Below are positions 37,929 through 46,742 of a stretch of DNA of 58,272 bases, one piece after another. The stretch is taken from positions 1 to 58,272 of the IMG/VR virus record IMGVR_UViG_3300029448_000039, one strand, 5' to 3'. This stretch comes from a virus. Its lineage: Duplodnaviria > Caudoviricetes. Numbering within the stretch: position 1 is the stretch's first letter; the number at the start of each line of letters is the position of its first letter. The notes under the pieces were generated by a model. It saw only the letters and a list, made by a program, of their open reading frames with translations, was not told where the DNA came from and searched no databases. Made by a program: the position numbers and the translations under genes.

Positions 37929-38272
37929 TGGCTAGTTATGCTAAGGGTAAGTTTGCTTTTGGTTTTTGCGATAGAACTGGATTTAGATATCCATTAAAAG
38001 ATTTAGTAAATCAAATAGAAAATAATAGACCTACAGGAAAAATGATTGGCAGAGATATGATTGATGAAGATCAACCACAATTACAATTAGGTAGAATTAG
38101 AACTTTAGATCCTCAAGCTTTAAGAAATGCAAGACCAGATACAGCACAAGGTGAAAGCAGAAAGTTTTTTGCTTTTGATCCTGTAGGAGGAGGTAATAGT
38201 GCTTTAGGTAGTAAAACTGTAGGTCTTGATATAAAAGGCAAAATTGGTAATGTAAAAGTGAGTACAAGCTAA
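37928..38272 (+). CDS. Conserved virion-module protein
   Basis: GFCDRTGFRY, QPQLQLG, DPQALRNARPD. Confidence 0.7.
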   Translation: MASYAKGKFAFGFCDRTGFRYPLKDLVNQIENNRPTGKMIGRDMIDEDQPQLQLGRIRTLDPQALRNARPDTAQGESRKFFAFDPVGGGNSALGSKTVGLDIKGKIGNVKVSTS

Positions 38273-38916
38273 TGGCATGGACATATACAACTTTAACTCA
38301 GGCAATTAAAGATTATACAGAAAATACTGAAACAACCTTTAATAACAATATTGCTATATTTATTACTAGTGCAGAAGAAAAAATACTAAGAAGTGTAGAG
38401 TTACCAGTATTTAGGAAAAATGTAACAGGCTCAATAACTAGCGGTAATCAATATTTATCAACACCAAGTGATTTTTTAAGACCTTATTCTTTGGCATTAG
38501 TAAATAGCAGTTCACATGAATATTTAGTTAATAAGGATGTAAATTATATAAGAGAGCTATACCCAGCTCCTGCGACTACAGGTGTGCCTAAATATTATGC
38601 TTTATTTGATAATAATACATTTATTTTAGGACCGACACCTAATGCTAGTTTTACGAGTGAATTGCATTATTTTTATGAACCAACATCTATAACAGCAAGT
38701 GGTGATGGAACAAGTTGGTTAGGAACTAATGCTGAAAACGCATTATTATATGGAGCTTTAGTTGAAGCTTATATATTTATGAAAGGTGAGCCAGACATAA
38801 TACAAAATTATAATGAACAGTTTCAAATTGCTATGGGTCTATTAAAATTAGAAGGTGATGGATACGATAGAACAGATGCTTATAGAACTGGACAAAAAAA
38901 AATTAAGGTTAGTTGA
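38272..38916 (+). CDS. Tail adaptor / head completion protein
   Basis: GVPKYYA, LGPTP, ALLYGALVEAYIFMKG. Confidence 0.7.
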   Translation: MAWTYTTLTQAIKDYTENTETTFNNNIAIFITSAEEKILRSVELPVFRKNVTGSITSGNQYLSTPSDFLRPYSLALVNSSSHEYLVNKDVNYIRELYPAPATTGVPKYYALFDNNTFILGPTPNASFTSELHYFYEPTSITASGDGTSWLGTNAENALLYGALVEAYIFMKGEPDIIQNYNEQFQIAMGLLKLEGDGYDRTDAYRTGQKKIKVS

Positions 38917-39206
38917 TGTTTAACGTAGAAGTAAAAGCAGATATAAGTAATGTAAGCGTACACACTACTAAAAATAGGGGTTTTTCCCCAGAAGAAATTG
39001 CTGCAAGAGCTGTAGAAAAAATAATTTCTGTCGCAGAAGGAGCTAATCCTGAAGTAAAAGCGCAAGCAGAAGCTTTCAAAAGTAGGGTGTATCATGTTAT
39101 TGTATTAGCTTGTAAAGATGCAATAAATAGCGATAGGACTACAATGCACAATCTTTTAACTAAACAAGGTCATAAAGATATGGCTGATATTTTAAGGAGA
39201 CTATAA
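38916..39206 (+). CDS. Conserved hypothetical protein
   Basis: TTKNRGFSPEEIA..AVEKIISV. Confidence 0.7.
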   Translation: MFNVEVKADISNVSVHTTKNRGFSPEEIAARAVEKIISVAEGANPEVKAQAEAFKSRVYHVIVLACKDAINSDRTTMHNLLTKQGHKDMADILRRL

Positions 39207-39637
39207 TGGCTATATCGCAAGCTATGTGTACTTCGTTCAAGCAAGAACTTCTTGAGGGGGTCCATAATTTTAAAAACTCAGGCGGTAGCACTTTTAATTT
39301 AGCGTTATATACAAGTTCGGCTTCATTAGGGGCTGCAACAACTGCATATACAACTTCTAACGAAGTTAGCGGAACTAATTATAGTGCTAAAGGCGGTTCA
39401 CTAACTAGAGTAGATCCATCTACTTCTGGAACAACAGCATTAACTGATTTTGCAGATTTAACTTTTAGTTCTGCAACAATTACTGCTAATGGTGCAATGA
39501 TATTTAATGATTCAGCTTCTGGAGATCCAGCAGTTTGTATTTTAGCATTTGGAGGGGATAAAACTTCTACAAACGGAGATTTTACAATACAGTTTCCAAC
39601 AGCCGATGCTTCAAACGCAATTATTAGAATAGCTTAA
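39206..39637 (+). CDS. Tail-associated structural protein
   Basis: MAISQAMCTSFKQELL...FGGDKTST.GDFTIQFP..AIIRIA. Confidence 0.7.
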   Translation: MAISQAMCTSFKQELLEGVHNFKNSGGSTFNLALYTSSASLGAATTAYTTSNEVSGTNYSAKGGSLTRVDPSTSGTTALTDFADLTFSSATITANGAMIFNDSASGDPAVCILAFGGDKTSTNGDFTIQFPTADASNAIIRIA

Positions 39638-40332
39638 TGGCTAATGTAGCAGGTTGGGGTAGAGGCACTTGGAATGCTGGAAGTTGGGGATCTCACACAC
39701 CTGTAGAAGTTACTGGTAATGTTGGTACTACTGCACTAGGTTCAGAAACAGTAGTTGCAAAATCATTAGTTGTAGTTTCAGGAAATGTAGGAACAACAGC
39801 ACTAGGAAATTCTGTTGTAATAGGTAAGGCAGTACAGGGATTATCTGCTGTCACATCGACATCAGGTCTCGGAGATGAAAGTGTTATATGTGCTGCAAAT
39901 ATAGCTGTAACAGGAAATGTAGGAACAACAGCATTAGGTGCTGAGACTGTAATAGCAAAAGCGTTAACAGAAGTTACTGGTAATGCTGGAACAACACAAC
40001 AAGGCGAAGTTGTAGTACAGGCTGTAGCTGTAGTTGGTGTAACTGCTGTAGCATCAACAAGTGGACTTGGTGATGAAAGTTTAATAACGAACAATAATTT
40101 AGCGGTTACAGGTTTTGCAGGAACTACTGCTACTGGAAATGTAACTAATATAAGTAAGGCTTTAGTAGAACCAACAGGAGTAGAAGGGGAAGGACAAACA
40201 ACAATAGTTAATGTTTGGGGTTTAATAGATGATTCACAAACACCTAATTGGAGTCAAGTAGATGATTCACAAACAGATAATTGGAGTTCTATAGATGATT
40301 CACAAACACCAACTTGGAAAGAAGTAGCATAA
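39637..40332 (+). CDS. Tail-associated repetitive beta protein
   Basis: GWGRGTW, VTGNVGTTALG repeats, C-terminal DDSQT.NW repeats. Confidence 0.7.
   Translation: MANVAGWGRGTWNAGSWGSHTPVEVTGNVGTTALGSETVVAKSLVVVSGNVGTTALGNSVVIGKAVQGLSAVTSTSGLGDESVICAANIAVTGNVGTTALGAETVIAKALTEVTGNAGTTQQGEVVVQAVAVVGVTAVASTSGLGDESLITNNNLAVTGFAGTTATGNVTNISKALVEPTGVEGEGQTTIVNVWGLIDDSQTPNWSQVDDSQTDNWSSIDDSQTPTWKEVA
40225..40317 (+). repeat. 33-bp coding tandem repeat x3 (IDDSQTPNWSQ)
   Basis: GATGATTCACAAACA occurs three times at 33-nt spacing. Confidence 0.8.
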
Positions 40333-40344
40333 GAGGAATAAAAT

Positions 40345-42831
40345 ATGGCAAGTACATATGTAAACGATTTAAGATTAGAAGAAATAACCACAGGTGAACA
40401 GTCAGGAACTTGGGGCGATACCACTAATACAAATTTAGAACTTATTGCAGAAGGATTAAGTTTTGGCACAGAAGCAATAACAACAAATGCAGACACACAC
40501 ACTTCAACTGTAGCTGATGGTGCAACAGACCCTGCTAGGTCAATCTATATTAAATACACTGGAACACTCGATTCAGCTTGTACTATTACAATAGCACCAA
40601 ACACACTTAGTCGTTTGCACTTTATCGAGAATGGCACAAGTGGTTCGCAAAACATTATTATTTCACAAGGTAGTGGGGCCAACGTAACCATACCTGCTGG
40701 TGATACTAAAGCAGTTTACCTAGATGGTGCTGGTTCAGGAGCTGCGGTTGTTGATGCTTTTGCCAGTTTAAACGTAGTAGATTTAAAAGTACAAGATGAT
40801 CTAACAGTTACAGATGATGCGACTATAGGTGGCACTTTAGGTGTTACAGGTATAGTCACACTAACTGATGATTTGATTATTGGTGATGGCAAAACAATTG
40901 GTTCTGCTTCAGACGTAGATGCTATGACTATTGCTTCTAATGGACAAGTAACATTTACACAAACACTTATTGGTACAGCTTTAGATATTTCAGGTGATGC
41001 AGACATTGATGGAACTTTAGAAACTGATGCACTAACTATTAATGGTTCAGCAGTAAATTATAAAGCTTTTGGTACTGCTTCAATTATGCTTGGAGACAAT
41101 GCTACAGGAACTATTGATGCTGCTAACAACAATACTGGTGTAGGTGTTGATGTTTTTGCAGCTTTAACATCTGGTGATGATAACGTAGCCATCGGTAGAC
41201 TAGCGTTAACAGCAAACACAACAGGTTCAGCTAATGTTGCGGTTGGTAGAGATTCTATGGAAGCAAATACGACTGCAAGTAATAATACTGCTGTCGGTAC
41301 TGATTCTTTAAAAGCAAACACTACAGGACATTCAAATGTAGCAGTTGGTAAAGAAGCTCTATTATCTAACACAACAGCAAACTTTAATGTTGCGGTAGGT
41401 GTAGAGGCTTTAGAAGCAAATACAACTGGAAGTGAAAATACTGCTATGGGTATTCACGCTATGAAAGCAAATACTACAGGCAGTACAAATGTAGCTATTG
41501 GTACTTCTGCTTTAGATGCAAACACAACAGCTAGTAATAACACAGCGATTGGTGGTAGTTCTTTAGGATTAAACACAACAGGAACTGAGAACACAGCAGT
41601 CGGATCAGGTTCTTTAAGAACAAACTCTACTGGAGATTATAATACTGCGGTGGGTTATGAATGTTTAAGATTAAGCACTACATCAGATGAAAACACAGCA
41701 ATGGGTTATTATGCTTTAGGTGCGAATACAACAGGAACATTAAATACTGCGGTGGGATCTCAGGCTTTAGATGCAAATACAACAGGAAACAATCTCACTG
41801 CTATTGGTCAGTTGTCTTTATCAGGTAACACTACAGCAAATAACAATACTGCAGTTGGTACATCTTCTTTACAAGCAAACACAACAGGTTCTGAGAATCA
41901 AGCATTAGGAACTTATGCTTTAACATCAAACACCACAGGACATTCTAACACATCAGTAGGTTACAACTCTCTAGGAGCTAATACTACAGGCGCTCAAAGC
42001 ACATCTATGGGTTTTAGAGCTGCACAAGCAGTTACAACAGGAAGTGGACATACAGTTTTTGGTTTTAGTGCATTAAAAGCTGCGACAACAATAGATTATG
42101 GGTTTGCAATAGGTTATGAAGCTGGTGTAGCTAATACAAGTGGTGCGCAAAATACTTATGTTGGAAACTTTTCTGGAGATTCTGTAACTACTGGTGGTGA
42201 TAACACTATGTTAGGTTTCGCAGCTGGTGCTGGTGTTACAACTGGTGGTCAAAACACTTGTTTAGGACATAGAGCTGGAGATGCGATAACAACAGGATTA
42301 AAAAATGTAATGGTTGGTGCTTCAGCTTCTGTAAGTGCTGTTGACGCATCAGGTCAATTAGTTCTTGGATATAATGTTACGAGTGCTGGTAATAATTATT
42401 TTTCTTTTGGACAAAACGCAGAAGGTGTGGTTTCTAATCAATATTCTGCTAATGCTTCTTGGGCAAGAGGTTCGGATGAAAGATTAAAAACAAATATAAC
42501 AAACGATGCATTGGGTTTAGATTTTATAAAAGATTTAAGAACAGTCACCTTTAAGTGGAAACCTAATAACGAACATCCAAAAACTTTTAACTCTTATCAA
42601 GAACAAAATGTAAAAGATACTTCAACTGTAATGCACGGAATGATTGCACAAGAAGTTAAAACAGCTTTGGATACTGCTGGTGTAAGTACATTTGGTGGTT
42701 GGGTAGAAGGACAAGATGGAACACAATTAATATCTCAAGAGATGTTTATATATCCATTAATCAAAGCAGTACAAGAACTTAGTACAAAACTAGAAGCAGC
42801 AGAAGCTAGAATTTCTGCATTAGAATCTTAA
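40345..42831 (+). CDS. Tail fibre with 14-aa repeats and C-terminal peptidase S74 chaperone
   Basis: NTAVG..AL.ANTTG repeats; SDERLKTNI, GMIAQEV, LIKAVQEL coiled coil. Confidence 0.9.
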   Translation: MASTYVNDLRLEEITTGEQSGTWGDTTNTNLELIAEGLSFGTEAITTNADTHTSTVADGATDPARSIYIKYTGTLDSACTITIAPNTLSRLHFIENGTSGSQNIIISQGSGANVTIPAGDTKAVYLDGAGSGAAVVDAFASLNVVDLKVQDDLTVTDDATIGGTLGVTGIVTLTDDLIIGDGKTIGSASDVDAMTIASNGQVTFTQTLIGTALDISGDADIDGTLETDALTINGSAVNYKAFGTASIMLGDNATGTIDAANNNTGVGVDVFAALTSGDDNVAIGRLALTANTTGSANVAVGRDSMEANTTASNNTAVGTDSLKANTTGHSNVAVGKEALLSNTTANFNVAVGVEALEANTTGSENTAMGIHAMKANTTGSTNVAIGTSALDANTTASNNTAIGGSSLGLNTTGTENTAVGSGSLRTNSTGDYNTAVGYECLRLSTTSDENTAMGYYALGANTTGTLNTAVGSQALDANTTGNNLTAIGQLSLSGNTTANNNTAVGTSSLQANTTGSENQALGTYALTSNTTGHSNTSVGYNSLGANTTGAQSTSMGFRAAQAVTTGSGHTVFGFSALKAATTIDYGFAIGYEAGVANTSGAQNTYVGNFSGDSVTTGGDNTMLGFAAGAGVTTGGQNTCLGHRAGDAITTGLKNVMVGASASVSAVDASGQLVLGYNVTSAGNNYFSFGQNAEGVVSNQYSANASWARGSDERLKTNITNDALGLDFIKDLRTVTFKWKPNNEHPKTFNSYQEQNVKDTSTVMHGMIAQEVKTALDTAGVSTFGGWVEGQDGTQLISQEMFIYPLIKAVQELSTKLEAAEARISALES

Positions 42832-42852
42832 AGTAAAACGAGGAAAAATAAA

Positions 42853-43170
42853 ATGGCAGTAACTAAAACAATGACGAAAGCTACACCTTATGAAAAGTCA
42901 AGCAAAGCGCAAGAATGGCACTTAGAGATGAAGTACGAAAACGATAGCGAAGGTGATGCTACTTACTATACTTCTACTTTTAGCCACAGGGCAGTAGCAG
43001 CCGATGGTGATTTTACCGCAGCCGCTAAAGGCACGTTTAACTTAGCTGCTTTGACAGCACTTTGTCCTGTTTCACACTGGGATACAGTTTTTGCTAGTCA
43101 AGTAGACTCAGTTATTACTAATCCAAATACAAATCCTGTAGCAGACGAATCATTTTCAGTACCTAGTTAA
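42853..43170 (+). CDS. Hypothetical protein (possible fibre accessory)
   Basis: SD GAGG; follows the fibre gene. Confidence 0.65.
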   Translation: MAVTKTMTKATPYEKSSKAQEWHLEMKYENDSEGDATYYTSTFSHRAVAADGDFTAAAKGTFNLAALTALCPVSHWDTVFASQVDSVITNPNTNPVADESFSVPS

Positions 43171-43171
43171 T

Positions 43172-43858
43172 ATGGCTACTCAAATTCACAGTATGCCTAG
43201 TGTTTTTGTACTAGAACACGACATACCAAAAGAGATGGTGACAGATCTTAATATCTACTTAGATGCTTATCTAAAAGAAAAAGGTCGTAAGTCACTAGCA
43301 AGTACACTTGTTGGACAGATACAACATGGACAACAACTGTTAATGGATCATGAAGATGAAAAGATTGTAGAGTTTACTAACATGTTATGTGGACTAGGAG
43401 CTGAGTATATTAATAGATTTTCTCAAGCTACTGGTGCAACTTACAAGACTAACAAGCGTGTAGAAATAGATGAACTTTGGTCAGTACATAGCTATGAAAG
43501 AGACTACAACCCAATACATAGTCACGGAACTAAAACACTAATGGGTATCTCTTGCACAACTTGGACTAAAGTACCACAGCAAATATTAGATCAACCTACA
43601 GCAGGTACATCCGAATATAATCTATACAACGCTAGTGGAGATTGTGACGGCTACTTAGCTTTTCAGTATGGACAAAATCACGTTACAGATGTAGAGATTT
43701 TAAAACCTCCACAAAGCTTTGTAATACAACCACAAGTAGGAAAGCTTTATCTATTCCCAAGCTGGTTGCAACACATGGTTTACCCCTTTCAGGGTAAAGG
43801 TGAACGTAGAACAGTCGCTGCTAATCTCAACTGTTGGGATATGCAGGAGGCAACTTGA
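43172..43858 (+). CDS. 2OG-Fe(II) oxygenase-like protein
   Basis: DYNPIHSH, LFPSWLQHMVYP, ERRTVAAN. Confidence 0.8.
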   Translation: MATQIHSMPSVFVLEHDIPKEMVTDLNIYLDAYLKEKGRKSLASTLVGQIQHGQQLLMDHEDEKIVEFTNMLCGLGAEYINRFSQATGATYKTNKRVEIDELWSVHSYERDYNPIHSHGTKTLMGISCTTWTKVPQQILDQPTAGTSEYNLYNASGDCDGYLAFQYGQNHVTDVEILKPPQSFVIQPQVGKLYLFPSWLQHMVYPFQGKGERRTVAANLNCWDMQEAT

Positions 43859-44238
43859 TGAGTAAATCTCCAGATGCTTTTGTATACAGAGCAACGCTTG
43901 ATCGCGTTGTAGATGGCGATACATTTGATTGTATACTAGATCTAGGTTTCGATGTAAAACTGCATAAACAGCGCGTTAGACTGCATGGGATCGACACACC
44001 TGAATCTAGGACTAGAGATTTAGCTGAAAAAAAACTAGGATTAAAAGCAAAAGAACGATTAAAAGAGCTTTGTGTAGGATCTTTTAAAATTAAATCTCAC
44101 GGGAAAGGAAAATACGGAAGAATTTTGGGTACACCCTACACAGAAGATGGCAAAGATATTTGTAAAATTTTAATAGAAGAAGGACACGCTGTAGAATATT
44201 ATGGTGGCACTAAAACAAAAGTATGGGGAGATTATTAA
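43858..44238 (+). CDS. Thermonuclease (SNase-like)
   Basis: RVVDGDT, RVRLHGIDTPE, GKYGRILG. Confidence 0.9.
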   Translation: MSKSPDAFVYRATLDRVVDGDTFDCILDLGFDVKLHKQRVRLHGIDTPESRTRDLAEKKLGLKAKERLKELCVGSFKIKSHGKGKYGRILGTPYTEDGKDICKILIEEGHAVEYYGGTKTKVWGDY

Positions 44239-44402
44239 TGTTTAACCTTTGGAATAAAGTAAAATCTTTATTTGTTAAAGATAATTCAGAATATAAAGTT
44301 GTACGAGCTAGAACAAAAAAAGGTAGATTTGTTGCTGATGATCCATCTACTAAAAAAAATGAAGCTTATACAAAAGTAAAAGTAAAAAAAAGTAAAAAAT
44401 AA
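44238..44402 (+). CDS. Small basic protein, 54 aa (not in ORF track)
   Basis: RARTKKGRFVADDPST..NEAY; TAATG-coupled on both sides. Confidence 0.7.
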   Translation: MFNLWNKVKSLFVKDNSEYKVVRARTKKGRFVADDPSTKKNEAYTKVKVKKSKK

Positions 44403-46231
44403 TGCCTTTAGTTCGTTACACTTTTAATCCGGGAATTAATAAGGAAGGTACTGACTATAGTAATGAAGGTGGATGGAATGATTCTAACTTTATTAGATTT
44501 AGAGCAGGTAGACCTGAAAAAATTGGTGGATGGGAAAAAAGAACTTCTAATACATTTATTGGTACAGCTAGAAAATTACTTCAATGGTCATCATTAGATA
44601 GTGATAAATTTATAGCAATAGGCACTAATAAAAAATTATATATTTTACAAGGTAATGCATATTACGATGTTACTCCTATAAGAAAAACATCTACTAACAG
44701 TATTACATTTTCTGCAACAAATGGTAGTTCTACAATTACTGCTACTGATTCATCTCATGGTGCTGTAATAGGTGATTTTGTTACTATTTCAGGTGCAGTC
44801 AGTCTTGGCGGTAATATTACTGCTACTGTTTTAAATCAAGAATATGAAATAGCAACTGTTCCTACTGCAAACACATACACTTTTGTAGCTAAAGATACTT
44901 CTAGTTCTACTGTAACTGCTAATAGTAGCGATAGTGGTAATGGTGGTTCTGGTGTTGATGGTAGTTATCAGATTAATGTTGGATTAGATACTTTTGTTGA
45001 TGGTGTAGGTTTTGGCTCTGGAACTTGGTCTGAAGGTTCTTGGGGTAGTAGTGCTACTGGATTTTCTTCTCAATTAAGAATATGGTCTTTAGATAATTAT
45101 GGAGAAGATTTAGTGTCATGTGGTAGATTTGATGCTATTTATTATTGGGATAAATCTGATGGATTAAATACAAGAGCTATACCATTAGCTTCTATTTCAG
45201 GTGCTTCCAATCCTCCAAGCAAAGCATTACAAGTAATAGTTTCAGAAAAAGATAAACATTTAATAGCATTAGGATGTACTCCTTTTGGTTCTACTGATAT
45301 AGATTTTATGCAGATCAGATGGTCAGATCAGGCAAATGCTGCTGATTGGACACCAAAAACGACTAATACTGCTGGTGATGTTAGATTATCTTCAGGTTCA
45401 ACAATTATTACTGGATTAAAAACTAGACAAGAAATTATTATTTGGACAGATACTTCTATATATAGTATGAGATTTATAGGCGATCCATATGTATTTTCAG
45501 TAGATTTGATTACTGAAGGTATAAGTATAATGTCACCAAATGCAATGATAAATGCTAACAATATTGTTTATTTTATGGATCAAGATAATTTTTATATATA
45601 TAGCGGAGGCATACAAACTATGCCTTGTTCTGTTAGAGCTTATGTTTTTGAAGATTTTAATAATGGTCAAGCATATAAAGTATTTGCCACAAGGAATGCA
45701 CAATTTAATGAAGTTTCTTGGTTTTATTGCTCATCATCTTCAAATGAAATAGATCGTTATGTTACTTATAACTATTTAGAAAAGAATTGGACAATAGGTC
45801 AATTATCAAGAACAGCATGGATAGATTCTGGTGTAACAAGTAGAAATCCAATAGCAACTTCTAATAACTATATTTATAACCATGAAATAGGATATAACGA
45901 TGATGGAAATGCATTAGTAGCTTATGTAGAAACTGCTGATTTTGATATTGATGATGGAGATCATTTTTCTTTTATCAGAAGATTAATACCAGATATAAAA
46001 TTTATTGGTTCTTCTACAGATCCAGAAGTTACTTATACAATAAAAACTAGATCATCTGGTTCAGGAACTTTAGTTTCGGCAACATCAGCATCTATTGGTA
46101 ATACAACAGGAATGACTAATATTAGAGCTAGAGGTAGACAAATAAGATTAAGAATAGAAAATAGTGATTCAAATAATGGATGGAGATTAGGCGATGTCAG
46201 ACTTGATGTTAGACCTGATGGATTAAGATGA
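44402..46231 (+). CDS. Tail nozzle / DNA-stabilisation protein (P22 gp10 / tubular B-like)
   Basis: PEKIGGW, IRWSDQ, TNTAGD.RL, RARGRQ, WRLG..RLD..PDG.R. Confidence 0.75.
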   Translation: MPLVRYTFNPGINKEGTDYSNEGGWNDSNFIRFRAGRPEKIGGWEKRTSNTFIGTARKLLQWSSLDSDKFIAIGTNKKLYILQGNAYYDVTPIRKTSTNSITFSATNGSSTITATDSSHGAVIGDFVTISGAVSLGGNITATVLNQEYEIATVPTANTYTFVAKDTSSSTVTANSSDSGNGGSGVDGSYQINVGLDTFVDGVGFGSGTWSEGSWGSSATGFSSQLRIWSLDNYGEDLVSCGRFDAIYYWDKSDGLNTRAIPLASISGASNPPSKALQVIVSEKDKHLIALGCTPFGSTDIDFMQIRWSDQANAADWTPKTTNTAGDVRLSSGSTIITGLKTRQEIIIWTDTSIYSMRFIGDPYVFSVDLITEGISIMSPNAMINANNIVYFMDQDNFYIYSGGIQTMPCSVRAYVFEDFNNGQAYKVFATRNAQFNEVSWFYCSSSSNEIDRYVTYNYLEKNWTIGQLSRTAWIDSGVTSRNPIATSNNYIYNHEIGYNDDGNALVAYVETADFDIDDGDHFSFIRRLIPDIKFIGSSTDPEVTYTIKTRSSGSGTLVSATSASIGNTTGMTNIRARGRQIRLRIENSDSNNGWRLGDVRLDVRPDGLR

Positions 46232-46398
46232 GTGATAATTCAGCATTTAGAATACCTTTAGAAATACCTATTTCAGATGATTATGATAAAGATTATATGA
46301 TTCGTTTATTAAATCAATTAAGACTTAATTTTAATACAATACAAACACAAGCAGAAACTAATGAGCCTGTAGAGGCTTTTCAATGGTATTTATTATAA
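46228..46398 (+). CDS. Small protein, 56 aa (not in ORF track)
   Basis: YDKDYMIRLLNQLRLNFN; ATGA and TAATG coupling. Confidence 0.65.
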   Translation: MSDNSAFRIPLEIPISDDYDKDYMIRLLNQLRLNFNTIQTQAETNEPVEAFQWYLL

Positions 46399-46730
46399 TG
46401 GCTAATATTTATAAAAATGCAATAACATCTTTAAGCACAACAAACTCAACTACGATATATACTGTGCCGACAGCAACTGTAGCTATTATAAAAACTATTA
46501 GTGCTTATAACTCAAATGGTTCAAATGCTGCTACCCTAACTATACAAATAACAGATACTTCTGAGTCAGTAACAAAAACTTTTGATATTGTAGATGTAGC
46601 TGCTGCTACAAAAAAAGGTTTCTTATTGAATGGAGAAAATATAATATTAGACGAAGCAGATATACTAAAGATGACAGCAGAAACTGCAAATTATTTTGAT
46701 ATATATGTTTCGATACTTGAGATATCATAG
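46398..46730 (+). CDS. Small beta-rich virion protein
   Basis: MANIYKN...TTIYTVP...SILEI. Confidence 0.7.
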   Translation: MANIYKNAITSLSTTNSTTIYTVPTATVAIIKTISAYNSNGSNAATLTIQITDTSESVTKTFDIVDVAAATKKGFLLNGENIILDEADILKMTAETANYFDIYVSILEIS

Positions 46731-46742
46731 TGTTTAAACAGA

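Noticed and set aside
39693-41372. Antisense ORFs (39693-40094, 40716-41006, 41058-41372) and similar shadow ORFs elsewhere
   Set aside because: They mirror the codon bias of real genes on the opposite strand and have no RBS or recognisable motifs.
41100-42330. CRISPR-like or non-coding repeat array
   Set aside because: The periodicity is the degenerate 14-aa coding repeat of the tail fibre; there are no identical repeats with unique spacers.
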